A stretch of DNA of 64,000 nucleotides from the IMG/VR virus record IMGVR_UViG_3300011113_000415. The stretch is one strand, 5' to 3'. Below are positions 21,163 through 30,454 of the stretch, in pieces (within the stretch, counting starts at the first letter, position 1; the number at the start of each line of letters is the position of its first letter). The notes beneath the pieces are model-generated. The model had not been told where the DNA came from, ran no database searches, and saw only the letters and a program-made list of their open reading frames with translations. Made by a program: the position numbers and the translations under genes. The stretch comes from a virus (lineage: Duplodnaviria; Caudoviricetes).

Positions 21163-22263
21163 ATGAGTCAAGCACAATACAATTTAAAACAAAAAACAGA
21201 TTATCTCAGTCGCAAGATGTTCTTGGATCCAGCAGGTCCAGTAACAGTACAACGATTTGAAGAAGTCAAGTACAACAAACTGGTCAAGTACGAACAAGAA
21301 GCACGTGGCTTCTTTTGGGTGCCAGAAGAAATCTCTTTGACCAAAGACGCACAAGACTTTAAAGATGCATCAGAAACTGTACGTCATATCTTTACATCAA
21401 ACTTGTTGCGGCAAACGGCCTTGGATAGTTTGCAAGGTCGAGGACCCAGTCAAATCTTTACACCTGTGATTTCGATTCCTGAACTGGAAAGTCTTGTGTA
21501 CAACTGGACATTCTTTGAAACCAACATTCACAGTCGCAGTTACAGCCACATCATTCGCAACATCTACAATGTGCCCAAGGATGTGTTCAACACAATCCAT
21601 GACACACAAGAAATCGTTGACATGGCGTCAAGTGTGGGCAATTACTATGATCGACTACACATGATCAACTGTCGCAAAGAGTTACTGGAAGAGTTTCCAG
21701 AACGTGAACACATCAAGGCAGTTTGGTTGGCACTCAATGCCTCCTATGCTTTAGAAGCGTTCCGCTTTATGGTTAGTTTTGCTACAAGTTTGGCAATGGT
21801 TGAGAACAAGATCTTTATTGGCAACGGCAACATTATTCAGTTGATCTTGCAAGATGAACTGCTACACAAAGAGTGGACTGGGTGGTTGATCAATCAAGTA
21901 GTCAAAGAGGACACACGTTTTGCGGCCGTTAAGACTGAATGTGAAGCGGAAGTATACCAAATGTATCTAGATGTGATTCGCGAGGAAAAAGCCTGGGCTG
22001 ACTATTTGTTCAACAAAGGTCCTGTGATTGGTCTTAATGCAAACATTCTCAAAGACTTTGTGGACTTCACAGCATTCAACGCTCTCAAAGAGATTGGAAT
22101 CAAGTACACAGAAGAACACCCACGTTCAACACCCATTCCTTGGTTTACCAAACACGTGGACACCAGCAAGAAACAAACTGCACTCCAAGAGTCAGAATCG
22201 ACTAACTATGTTATTGGAGTGATGTCCGATCAACTGGATTACGAGGAGTTACCTGATCTATGA
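21163..22263 (+). CDS. nrdB: class Ia ribonucleotide reductase beta subunit
   Basis: FWVPEE, QTALDSLQ, ETNIHSRSY, LEAFRF, DELLH, QESESTNY. Confidence 0.96.
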   Translation: MSQAQYNLKQKTDYLSRKMFLDPAGPVTVQRFEEVKYNKLVKYEQEARGFFWVPEEISLTKDAQDFKDASETVRHIFTSNLLRQTALDSLQGRGPSQIFTPVISIPELESLVYNWTFFETNIHSRSYSHIIRNIYNVPKDVFNTIHDTQEIVDMASSVGNYYDRLHMINCRKELLEEFPEREHIKAVWLALNASYALEAFRFMVSFATSLAMVENKIFIGNGNIIQLILQDELLHKEWTGWLINQVVKEDTRFAAVKTECEAEVYQMYLDVIREEKAWADYLFNKGPVIGLNANILKDFVDFTAFNALKEIGIKYTEEHPRSTPIPWFTKHVDTSKKQTALQESESTNYVIGVMSDQLDYEELPDL

Positions 22264-22691
22264 GAAACTTAATTAATTTAATGGAAGACCAAGGAGTTAC
22301 TGACGCTTGGTTTCAAGATGGCGGCTTTGAAACATACAAAAAAGACTTGCCTGTGATATATGCTACTGCGGAAACTCCTGGTATAATAAACACTCTAGAA
22401 AATCCTGTAGGGTATCAAGCAGGATACAAAATTATAACAGGACCCAACGGTGAACAGTATCCGATACCTCCAGAGAAATTTGCCGGCCTGTATGATGACA
22501 ACAAGGATGGCACAGCCACTCCTAAGAAGATCATCAAGATGGCCAAGTTAGCAGATAACAGTGGATCAGTTAAAACCTCATGGGGTGAGACTTTGAACTA
22601 CACTCGAGGTAATGACTACATTGTGCGTCATGGCCCTGGAGACTATGGCGTGGTCAAAAAAGATATCTTCCCTAAGACATACCAAACATAA
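22260..22691 (+). CDS. PGDYG-motif protein
   Basis: GPGDYGVVKKDIF motif; internal duplication of a G.Y.I..G..G.Y unit. Confidence 0.6.
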   Translation: MRNLINLMEDQGVTDAWFQDGGFETYKKDLPVIYATAETPGIINTLENPVGYQAGYKIITGPNGEQYPIPPEKFAGLYDDNKDGTATPKKIIKMAKLADNSGSVKTSWGETLNYTRGNDYIVRHGPGDYGVVKKDIFPKTYQT

Positions 22692-22710
22692 CAACTATAA
22701 GGAGAACATT

Positions 22711-22941
22711 ATGAAAGCCATTGTATGGTCAAAGAATCACTGCCCCTATTGCGATCAAGCCAAGAACTTGCTCAAACTAAAAGGCATTGAATATGAAGAA
22801 CGCAACATCAACGACGGTTGGGACAAAGAAGATTTGCTGGCGGCTGTACCAGGCGCGAGAACAGTGCCACAAATTTTTCTAGACGAGGAATTGGTGGGCG
22901 GATTTACAGAACTAAAGAAAAGGTTAACAGATGCTACTTGA
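22711..22941 (+). CDS. grx: glutaredoxin
   Basis: CPYC active site, TVPQIF, GGFTEL; AAGGAG RBS supports start 22711. Confidence 0.93.
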   Translation: MKAIVWSKNHCPYCDQAKNLLKLKGIEYEERNINDGWDKEDLLAAVPGARTVPQIFLDEELVGGFTELKKRLTDAT

Positions 22942-23227
22942 AATTGACAAAGGACTCGCCGAAGGCGACGTGGTCACACTCAAACTCACATCCGGTGAGG
23001 AGATTGTGGCAAGACTGGACAAAGAAACTGACACGCACTACAGGTTGACCAAACCCATGGTCATTGCTATGGGACCAAACGGCCCCGGGCTTTTGCCCTA
23101 CTTGTTCACAGTGAGTCCGGACAAGACCATTGGCTTATCCAAAGGTACTGTGACTGTGGCGGTGACTTCAGACAAGCAGTTTGCAAGCCAGTACATGCAG
23201 AGCACAACCAACATACAAATGGTTTAA
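22931..23227 (+). CDS. hypothetical phage protein (Sm-like?)
   Basis: LKLTSGEEIVA beta-rich motif; in operon. Confidence 0.55.
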   Translation: MLLEIDKGLAEGDVVTLKLTSGEEIVARLDKETDTHYRLTKPMVIAMGPNGPGLLPYLFTVSPDKTIGLSKGTVTVAVTSDKQFASQYMQSTTNIQMV

Positions 23228-23258
23228 AACACCGGCTTTTCTTTTCCATAAATAATCA

Positions 23259-23474
23259 ATGGGACATCGCTTTGTGATCATGCAGGATGATACGTTGTAT
23301 GAATACACAGAATATGATCAGATTCCTAATGAATTTGATCATGTGATTGAATTTGCTCCTGAAATTCCGCCCGGTCCTCATACTGACGAACAGCATGATG
23401 AAATTGATCAGTGGCAAGTTAAGTTTAGTAGATTAATGGAAATAGAATATGCCAGCAGCCGCAAGAAAGAATGA
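23259..23474 (+). CDS. hypothetical phage protein
   Basis: ATG 4 nt after TAAATA (23249-23254). Confidence 0.6.
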   Translation: MGHRFVIMQDDTLYEYTEYDQIPNEFDHVIEFAPEIPPGPHTDEQHDEIDQWQVKFSRLMEIEYASSRKKE

Positions 23475-23832
23475 TAAATGTGTGCCTCACTGTTCACCTT
23501 TTAACATAAAAGGCGCCAGCACCAGTGTGTTCGTAAACAACAAAGGGGCATCTCGTGTGGGAGATCCAGTTGTGCCACACAAAGAAGGCGGAGGTGCCGC
23601 TGGAGCAGCCGGAACAGCGGCATCCATAGGATCAAGTTTTGCACCGCCACCATACAGCGTTGCAATTGCAGTTGTTGGAAAATTAGTAAAGTGTAAAAAT
23701 CACGCTCCAAGCATTGCAACAGGATCAAGTTCAGTTTTTATCAACGGAAAAGCAGCCGCGTTTGTTGGCAGTAGTATAACTGGATGCACCAGTGTTGCGG
23801 CCGGTAGCACAACTGTTTTTATTGGTAAGTAA
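23449..23832 (+). CDS. PAAR-like baseplate spike tip protein
   Basis: PAAARKND, HC, GSxxVFxNxKxAxRVGD-type repeats, terminal TVFIG. Confidence 0.75.
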   Translation: MPAAARKNDKCVPHCSPFNIKGASTSVFVNNKGASRVGDPVVPHKEGGGAAGAAGTAASIGSSFAPPPYSVAIAVVGKLVKCKNHAPSIATGSSSVFINGKAAAFVGSSITGCTSVAAGSTTVFIGK

Positions 23833-23834
23833 CC

Positions 23835-25124
23835 GTGCCTTCAATATTGACCCCACTGCAGATGATTGCCGGAGCCACGCTCAGTAACAATCAAGGTGTG
23901 GCCATTGCTACAAATTTTACCAATGCTATCTCCTCTTATACCGGTACTACACTACTGACACCATTGTTTGGGGCCCTTGGAAATAGTGCAAGTGCAAATC
24001 TAACTCCCACAACTCTTATCAGTTTAGAGACCATGGCAGCCAACAGTTGCCCTGCTTTAGCAGATAGCACACCCGAAGCGTATGCCAGCAATATAGGTAA
24101 CATACTAGGCCCTAGAGTAATTGCAAATTTCACCACCAACTATACCACATTTAGTGGCAGTATTGCTGGAAACACGTTGACGGTGACTACAGTTCCTGAA
24201 CCAAATTTGATATATGTTAGTCTACAACTTGGTGCTGTTGGCCTTACTGCAAATACTTTTATCACTGCTGATCTAACAGGTGGTGGCGGAGTCGGAGATT
24301 ACGAAGTAACACCTGAACAGACTATTCCTTCCTCTACCATAGTTGCCAACCCATCGCTGGCTTCTTATGGTAACAGTATCAATGGATTCACCGGAGTTAT
24401 TACCGACATTGGTAATACCTATCTTGGTCAAGGTAACACCACAGTTTTTGCACAAGTGTTTACAGGAGCACAGAGTTATATAAATCAGAACAATGATTTT
24501 ATTAACACCGCCTACAATAGTCAAACCTACTTGGGTAGTACATTTACCTCCATGAACAGTTTGATCACCGGCAACTTGACTGACGTAAACTTGGCACTAC
24601 CTGCATTTGGTAGCGATTTAGCACGACTTGGTTTTCTTATTGATTTAAATAATCTTGGCAACTTTGGCCTACCTAGTTCGGTATTCCGACAATTAGCCAC
24701 AGTGACCAACTTGACTCCTAGAATTACTGTGGCACTCAAACAGGTAGGATTCACCACGGCTCAAATTGAAAGCATTACCGATCCTGATGCTACGTTAACT
24801 GATACACTAGAGGCCAAGTTGTATCGAGCCATGCTGTTGATCACAGGCCAGGCACTCCAGCAGGTTTGCAACATCCTTGGAGTCACGTTACCAGTGTTTG
24901 GGGTCAACACAACCCAACCTCAGAGTCCTGGGCTCGAAACAATGGCTGATCTGTTGAATCCTGTAAAAATATTCCCTACCAGTTTTGCCAGCCTCACGGT
25001 AAGGACCTACAATCAAAACACAACCAGTGAGTTGAGAGCAATCTATCTAGACTCAATTGGTACTATCAACAGCAAGTTGTTACAGTACTTGCCAAGATAT
25101 GTTCTAACAGTGGTGCCAGCATGA
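23835..25124 (+). CDS. putative baseplate/tail structural protein
   Basis: Thr/Asn/Gly-rich; follows PAAR gene in late operon. Confidence 0.45.
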   Translation: MPSILTPLQMIAGATLSNNQGVAIATNFTNAISSYTGTTLLTPLFGALGNSASANLTPTTLISLETMAANSCPALADSTPEAYASNIGNILGPRVIANFTTNYTTFSGSIAGNTLTVTTVPEPNLIYVSLQLGAVGLTANTFITADLTGGGGVGDYEVTPEQTIPSSTIVANPSLASYGNSINGFTGVITDIGNTYLGQGNTTVFAQVFTGAQSYINQNNDFINTAYNSQTYLGSTFTSMNSLITGNLTDVNLALPAFGSDLARLGFLIDLNNLGNFGLPSSVFRQLATVTNLTPRITVALKQVGFTTAQIESITDPDATLTDTLEAKLYRAMLLITGQALQQVCNILGVTLPVFGVNTTQPQSPGLETMADLLNPVKIFPTSFASLTVRTYNQNTTSELRAIYLDSIGTINSKLLQYLPRYVLTVVPA

Positions 25125-26062
25125 TTACCTATGAACGTCTAAGTAGAATTATACCCGCAGATCAAGCCTTGGCTTGCAAGGCCATGAGTGTGAGTTTACA
25201 ACAAGTAAAAAACATCGATACGTTGAGTTTGCCACAATTGGCCGCTGCCTTTGTCGACACAGTGACTACCAAAGACCTAGATCAAATCAATGCGCTTACT
25301 ACAGCAGTGCCACCTGATGTGGCACAATTTTATACTGATTACTATGCTACAGGAACAGGTACAGGAAACACACTGGTATTAACTGACCTGTTGGGTGCCG
25401 CTGTCGGAGTGACTTATATTGATCAGTTGAACAACGTTGTGACCACGCTTAATTCAATAGGCAATGGTTTATCAAATCTCACAACCATTTACACTAGAAT
25501 GGAAAACACAGTGAATGGTGTGTATGGCAATGCAGTAACAGGACCAGTTGTGATTCCTGCAGGATATGCCGCTGGTACCTATGCCAATGCAGACGCGGCA
25601 TTTAGCAACGCATTGATTTCTAATGCAGTGATTGAAATTGGCAACATTGTCACTGCCTACCCGACACAGACCACGTCACTCAACTCAGAATTCAATACCA
25701 TGGCGCAAAAGATCATCAGTGAAACTGATAATTTAACTTTGGCCACTATAAACATAGCCGAATTAAACACTGACGATCGTAGTCCTGTAATGAGTTTTGT
25801 TGAAAGTCTACCCGAATATGGAGTCAACAAAGAAGAAAACGGGCCCACATGGTTCCTGGAACAAGTGGCCGATCTTACCACACTAGGCGGGCAAGCCATT
25901 GTGGGTTGTTTGAGAGAAGGGCAAAATCTAGCAGTGCTCAACAACGTAGGAATTGGTGTAGATACCAACATTCCAAGCGAGCCCAGTTCGCCCAATCCGG
26001 TTGCAAATCTCATTCCGGCCACGTATACTGAGTCACAAGCAGCCAATTTAGTGGTGATTTAA
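25121..26062 (+). CDS. putative baseplate/tail structural protein
   Basis: Thr/Asn-rich; ATGA-coupled to previous gene. Confidence 0.45.
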   Translation: MITYERLSRIIPADQALACKAMSVSLQQVKNIDTLSLPQLAAAFVDTVTTKDLDQINALTTAVPPDVAQFYTDYYATGTGTGNTLVLTDLLGAAVGVTYIDQLNNVVTTLNSIGNGLSNLTTIYTRMENTVNGVYGNAVTGPVVIPAGYAAGTYANADAAFSNALISNAVIEIGNIVTAYPTQTTSLNSEFNTMAQKIISETDNLTLATINIAELNTDDRSPVMSFVESLPEYGVNKEENGPTWFLEQVADLTTLGGQAIVGCLREGQNLAVLNNVGIGVDTNIPSEPSSPNPVANLIPATYTESQAANLVVI

Positions 26063-26138
26063 TCACGTAAAGCGTGATTCCGCTAAATATTATTCTGTGT
26101 TTGTAACAAGACACTATCTTTTTAAAAGGAAAAACTAA

Positions 26139-26681
26139 ATGAAGAAAATCTTCGCAATCTTGGCCGTGGCCATCTCCGGTACTGCTTTTGCAGCCGATTA
26201 CGTATCAGTTGACGTTGACCACGTCAAGAGCAATCAAGGCTATGCCAACAGCACCGTTCAGTATGTTCGTGCTGGTAAAGAAATTGGTGGCATCCAAGCC
26301 GGCCTACAAAGCCGTACTGCCGTATCCAGTTCTGGTGGCATGTACAATAGTCTTGAATTAACTGGTGGCAAGGCAATTAGCGGATTCACACCATTCGTTG
26401 GTATGGGTTTTGACAATGGTGCTAGTGGTGCCAAGAACGGTGACTATCGTTACACATTGGCTGGCGTAACAACTGGTACTCCAGTGTTAGGCGGATATGG
26501 GTTGGTAGGTTTGAAAACCCGCTTGACCAGTTCAGAAGCAAACATGACTCATCAAACAGTCGCATTTGGTACATATTCGTATCCAGTGTTAAAAGGTGTT
26601 GCAGTCAATTTGAACTTGAGCAAATCATATCAAGACATCAAGGAAAACACTTGGGGTCTAGGAGTTGGCTTTGCATTCTAA
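26139..26681 (+). CDS. outer-membrane beta-barrel (porin-like) protein
   Basis: signal peptide MKKIFAILAVAISGTAFA; alternating amphipathic strands; C-terminal GLGVGFAF ending in Phe. Confidence 0.7.
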   Translation: MKKIFAILAVAISGTAFAADYVSVDVDHVKSNQGYANSTVQYVRAGKEIGGIQAGLQSRTAVSSSGGMYNSLELTGGKAISGFTPFVGMGFDNGASGAKNGDYRYTLAGVTTGTPVLGGYGLVGLKTRLTSSEANMTHQTVAFGTYSYPVLKGVAVNLNLSKSYQDIKENTWGLGVGFAF

Positions 26682-26711
26682 AAAGTAACACTTTTTTGTT
26701 ACCCTAAAAAG

Positions 26712-26729
26712 GTAATACTTTAGTACTAT
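26712..26729. repeat. 18-bp palindromic motif, copy 1
   Basis: GTAATAC-TTTA-GTACTAT; degenerate extra copy at 26685-26702. Confidence 0.7.
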
Positions 26730-26730
26730 A

Positions 26731-26760
26731 AAACCCTGCCATGTGCAGGGTTTTTCTTTT
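26731..26760 (+). terminator. rho-independent terminator
   Basis: AAACCCTGC-CATGT-GCAGGGTTT plus T run. Confidence 0.85.
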
Positions 26761-26762
26761 GG

Positions 26763-26791
26763 TTGACTCGAAATATCCAAAATGTTATAAT
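26763..26791 (+). promoter_or_regulatory. sigma70-type early promoter
   Basis: TTGACT-N17-TATAAT. Confidence 0.85.
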
Positions 26792-26797
26792 CATAAT

Positions 26798-27031
26798 ATG
26801 AAGTTAGAAATCAATGAAATACTACAGTGGACCGGAGCGGTGTTTATCATTGCAGGCCACAGTCTCAATGCTGTGGGTCCTAGTGTGTACCCTTACAACA
26901 TTCTTGCATTTTTCCTAGGAACAATTTTGTTCATGGGCTGGAGCATTCGTGTTGCAAATAAACCACAGTTGATGGTGAACATTGTGGCCCTGTGCATTGG
27001 AGCATCAGGACTAGTAAAAGCATTTGGTTGA
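26798..27031 (+). CDS. small membrane protein
   Basis: three hydrophobic stretches; ATG 6 nt after -10; track start 26741 reads through the promoter. Confidence 0.65.
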   Translation: MKLEINEILQWTGAVFIIAGHSLNAVGPSVYPYNILAFFLGTILFMGWSIRVANKPQLMVNIVALCIGASGLVKAFG

Positions 27032-27056
27032 CTCGAAATAGCCGATTTGCTATAAT
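27028..27056 (+). promoter_or_regulatory. sigma70-type early promoter
   Basis: TTGACT-N17-TATAAT; -35 contains the upstream TGA stop. Confidence 0.85.
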
Positions 27057-27087
27057 ATAGGCATAGTAAGACAAAAAGGAATCCAAA

Positions 27088-27243
27088 ATGAAAGATGAGA
27101 TACTTACAAAGTTGGCAGAAGTTGAAGCCATGCTGTTAGAGGCTACACAAGATGGCCGCCAACTGGCAGAACTAGATTGTTTTAAAGACGTAGAGGATGC
27201 TATGAGCACCCTAATACAAACAGTTGACTATTACGTTGATTGA
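27088..27243 (+). CDS. small acidic early protein (51 aa, not in ORF track)
   Basis: AAGGA RBS; MKDEILTKLAEVEAMLLEA...YYVD. Confidence 0.6.
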   Translation: MKDEILTKLAEVEAMLLEATQDGRQLAELDCFKDVEDAMSTLIQTVDYYVD

Positions 27244-27268
27244 CTCGAAATTACCGATTTGTTATAAT
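27240..27268 (+). promoter_or_regulatory. sigma70-type early promoter
   Basis: TTGACT-N17-TATAAT. Confidence 0.85.
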
Positions 27269-27297
27269 ACTTGTATAGAAACTAACAGGAGCCCACA

Positions 27298-27558
27298 ATG
27301 ACAGAGCAAGAAAACCGTGAAGTCCGTATGTACGGTACCACTGAAGCCGCATTGCGTGAAAGTATTGAGCGTTCAATGACATTCAAAGTCTCTGGGCCTA
27401 CAATGATTGTAGCCGGCATGTTGAGCGATGTACAAGAAATGATGGCATATGGTCCGTATGATAGCGATACACTTGCTAACATCCAGGAAGACCAGCGTCA
27501 ACAACTTAACCGTGCCAAGTGGGTTTTATTTGAATACATGAGCGAGGAAAGAGTATGA
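27298..27558 (+). CDS. hypothetical early protein
   Basis: AGGAG RBS; downstream of promoter. Confidence 0.65.
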   Translation: MTEQENREVRMYGTTEAALRESIERSMTFKVSGPTMIVAGMLSDVQEMMAYGPYDSDTLANIQEDQRQQLNRAKWVLFEYMSEERV

Positions 27559-27704
27559 GCAAAATGAGCGATATCGAAATACAAATCGAAGAACTATTAG
27601 ACCAAGGGCAAACCCCTTTCATGATTGCACAGATGCTGGACATTCCAATTGCATGGGTCTATAGTGTAGAAGAAAATAGCCCTTTTGCAACATCAAACAG
27701 TTGA
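27555..27704 (+). CDS. small early protein, possibly HTH-like (49 aa, not in ORF track)
   Basis: ATGA overlap; GQTPFMIAQMLDIPIAWV resembles a helix-turn-helix. Confidence 0.5.
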   Translation: MSKMSDIEIQIEELLDQGQTPFMIAQMLDIPIAWVYSVEENSPFATSNS

Positions 27705-27729
27705 CCAGAAATTCATTTTCGGTTATAAT
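27701..27729 (+). promoter_or_regulatory. sigma70-type early promoter
   Basis: TTGACC-N17-TATAAT. Confidence 0.85.
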
Positions 27730-27760
27730 ACATTTTTAATTCATCAACTTAGGAGATTTT

Positions 27761-28129
27761 ATGTCTTATTCTTTTGCAGGTACTTCTGTACTAAAAGGTG
27801 AACTCAAAGTTCGTTTTGCTAACTCAGACGCTCGTGCCAAGCAATTGGCCAAACTGGGCGACACTGATGTAAACATTGTTCAGTTGCCACGTGCAATGGA
27901 CAAGGCCGAAGCCGTTGCATACTTGCTAGAGTCTGGCTTTGCCAAAGATGTACTAGTTCGTGCTGTGCTGGAGGCAGAAGTGGCTCCTAAGACCAAAGCC
28001 AAGGCACCTCGTACTGTTCGAGTACGTGCAAAGTCAGTCAAGCCCAAAGCAAAGTCCAAGGTAGATCGCACTGACGCTACTGAAGCCGAAGTAGATGCCT
28101 TGTATGAGGCAGTTTACGGCAACCAGTAA
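27761..28129 (+). CDS. early protein with Lys/Arg-rich tail
   Basis: AGGAG RBS; PKTKAKAPRTVRVRAKSVKPKAK segment. Confidence 0.65.
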   Translation: MSYSFAGTSVLKGELKVRFANSDARAKQLAKLGDTDVNIVQLPRAMDKAEAVAYLLESGFAKDVLVRAVLEAEVAPKTKAKAPRTVRVRAKSVKPKAKSKVDRTDATEAEVDALYEAVYGNQ

Positions 28130-28278
28130 TGATCGTCAACGCCTTTTTTGTTTGGCTCAATTGGCGTATTGCCGATTGGTGCTTTGAAAACAACAGCCCC
28201 GGTTGGGGCTGGGCCAACATCTTTTTCAGTGCCTACAATGGTGCTATAATTGCCTATCAATTGTTTGGTAACATATGA
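28129..28278 (+). CDS. small hydrophobic protein (49 aa, not in ORF track)
   Basis: TAATG coupling; Trp/Phe-rich. Confidence 0.5.
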   Translation: MIVNAFFVWLNWRIADWCFENNSPGWGWANIFFSAYNGAIIAYQLFGNI

Positions 28279-28439
28279 AAATGTCTTTTAGATCTTGGTT
28301 GCAGGAACGCTGGTATGCCCACTGCCTTGAAGTAGAAGAATGGACAGGGCGATTGCCAACTTATCCCATGCAAGAATATTTTGCCAAGTACAAATATTGG
28401 CTCAAACGTGAATATCGTCATCAACAAGGAGAACAGTAA
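28275..28439 (+). CDS. small hypothetical protein (54 aa, not in ORF track)
   Basis: ATGA overlap at start; stop coupled to the next ATG. Confidence 0.55.
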   Translation: MKMSFRSWLQERWYAHCLEVEEWTGRLPTYPMQEYFAKYKYWLKREYRHQQGEQ

Positions 28440-28882
28440 TGGGTCTTGACATGTATGCTTACACTGCCGCTCGCGCAGGCCAACAAAATGAATTCTATGA
28501 AGGCGCGGAGTGGGACGCCGAACGCAAAGAGAGTGTGAATCCTGATGTTGCTAAACCACGTGAAATTGCCTACTGGCGCAAGCATCCTAACCTGCATGGT
28601 TGGATGAAACAACTGTGGGAAGACCGTTTGGCCGCCCAGGGCCGAACGCCGGGTCAAAGCCATTTTGGTAGCACCTTTAATGGTGTTGAATTAGAACTCA
28701 CCAGAGAGGATATAGATGCACTTGAGGCGGATATACTTAAAAAACGACTGCCCTCCACATCGGGTTTTTTCTTTGGCGAAGACGCAGATGATTACTACCG
28801 AGAACAAGATCTTGAATTTGTCAAGAAAGCCCGTACAGAATTGTTTATGGGCTTAAAAGTGTTTTATAACTCGTCATGGTAA
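28439..28882 (+). CDS. conserved-type hypothetical phage protein
   Basis: MGLDMY...YWRKHPNLHGWM...SGFFFG pattern; AAGGAG RBS. Confidence 0.7.
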   Translation: MGLDMYAYTAARAGQQNEFYEGAEWDAERKESVNPDVAKPREIAYWRKHPNLHGWMKQLWEDRLAAQGRTPGQSHFGSTFNGVELELTREDIDALEADILKKRLPSTSGFFFGEDADDYYREQDLEFVKKARTELFMGLKVFYNSSW

Positions 28883-28892
28883 TGCAGTAAAT

Positions 28893-30263
28893 ATGATAGA
28901 CTATACACAAGAAAGGTTCGTGAGAACTGTGAGTTCAGGTTGGATTCGCGATCTTGAATCAAGCGACAGCCGGATTCACAAAGAAAAAACTATCGAAAAG
29001 GCCTTGATGGCCTCTAGGCTGGGTAGTGCCGACGCACAGGCTTTTTTGTTCAACTGCTATCAAGCCTACAATCCTTTCTACACATTCCATGTGAAACAAG
29101 TTCCTGAAGTGTCGGCACAAACAAATCGATCCAATGACTGGCCCAAGTTCTGGGGCTTGTTGGAAAGTTTGCGCACCCGTAGTGTGACAGGTGATGCGGC
29201 TCGACTGGCCATTGAAGAATGCTCCAAGTTGTTTGATACTGATGAATGGAACATGGTATGCCGTCGAGTGATCATTAAAGATCTGCGTTGCGGCATTTCA
29301 GAAAAGACCTTGAACAAAATACTGAGCAATACAGATTGGAAGATTCCGGTGTTTACTTGCCAACTGGCTCAAGACTCCACAGACCAACCTCGCAAACTGC
29401 TAGGTGTCAAACGACTAGAACCCAAATTGGATGGTGTGCGTGTGCTGGCAATGGTACAAGGCATGAACGTGAGTTTGTTCAGTCGCAACGGCAAAGAATT
29501 TGCAAATTTTCCGGAGATTGCTCGAGACATCATGAGACACAGAGATGTGTTTCAACGAAATCTTGGATCCGGTGGCCGCTTTGTGCTGGATGGCGAAGTC
29601 ACCGGAGAAAGTTTCCAGAAACTCATGCGGCAGGCACATCGTAAAAGCGATGCCAAAACCGAGGACATGGTGTACAACATTTTTGACATCATACCCTTGG
29701 ATGACTTTCAACGTGGTTACTGGAATGCACAACAGTACAAACGATTTGAAATTTTGGAACAAGCCTGGGGTCGACTGCAAGACAATCCTTGCAGTTTGAA
29801 AGTGGTCTCAGGCCTGGAAGTGAATTTGGACACAGCAGAAGGTCATGACATCATGCAACGCTATGCTGAAGATTGTGTGGCTGAAGGTTTTGAAGGCATC
29901 ATGATCAAAACTGTGGATGCGCCTTATATCTGCAAACGTTCAGACTATTGGATGAAATGGAAACCGGTTATATCGGTTGATTTGGAAATTGTGGGTTTTG
30001 AACAAGGTACTGGTCGCAATGCCGACCGGTTGGGTGCTATAATTTGTGAAGGAGAAGACAATGACCGTAGAATTCGTGTTAATGTTGGTAGTGGGTTTAG
30101 TGATACTGTTCGTGATGAGTATTGGGCCAATAGGGATCAGTTACTTGGTCACTTGGTTGAAGTCCAAGCGGACGCAGTTACCCAAAACCAAGACGGAACC
30201 TACAGTCTCCGATTCCCAAGGTTCTTGAGATTCCGTGACTTTGAAGCAGGGGAGAAAGTGTGA
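28893..30263 (+). CDS. lig: ATP-dependent DNA ligase
   Basis: motif I EPKLDGVR, LDGE, FDI, EGIMIK, WMKWK, OB-fold VGSG and RFPRF; start may be GTG 28929. Confidence 0.95.
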   Translation: MIDYTQERFVRTVSSGWIRDLESSDSRIHKEKTIEKALMASRLGSADAQAFLFNCYQAYNPFYTFHVKQVPEVSAQTNRSNDWPKFWGLLESLRTRSVTGDAARLAIEECSKLFDTDEWNMVCRRVIIKDLRCGISEKTLNKILSNTDWKIPVFTCQLAQDSTDQPRKLLGVKRLEPKLDGVRVLAMVQGMNVSLFSRNGKEFANFPEIARDIMRHRDVFQRNLGSGGRFVLDGEVTGESFQKLMRQAHRKSDAKTEDMVYNIFDIIPLDDFQRGYWNAQQYKRFEILEQAWGRLQDNPCSLKVVSGLEVNLDTAEGHDIMQRYAEDCVAEGFEGIMIKTVDAPYICKRSDYWMKWKPVISVDLEIVGFEQGTGRNADRLGAIICEGEDNDRRIRVNVGSGFSDTVRDEYWANRDQLLGHLVEVQADAVTQNQDGTYSLRFPRFLRFRDFEAGEKV

Positions 30264-30454
30264 TGACACCTTTACATGATATTGTACTAGTAGCGGTCAT
30301 GGTAGCACATAGTGCTTTTGGCCCGGCACAACTGGAATACCAATCAGTTGATTATTATAATTCTTGGGCTCGATGTAACCAAGAACAAAAACGATTGAGT
30401 CAAAACAAAGATAAAAAAACTGCATATATTTGTCTAAAAGTTGATAGGTCATAA
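30260..30454 (+). CDS. small exported protein
   Basis: hydrophobic N-terminus; two Cys. Confidence 0.5.
   Translation: MMTPLHDIVLVAVMVAHSAFGPAQLEYQSVDYYNSWARCNQEQKRLSQNKDKKTAYICLKVDRS

Noticed and set aside
26101-26118. Third Pho box at the porin-like gene (TTGTAAC)
   Set aside because: It is a single half-site with no partner at 11-bp spacing, and it lies downstream of TAAATA.
1710-30263. Introns or inteins in dnaB, nrdA, nrdB or the ligase
   Set aside because: The ORFs are continuous and of ordinary length, with no intein or homing-endonuclease motifs seen.
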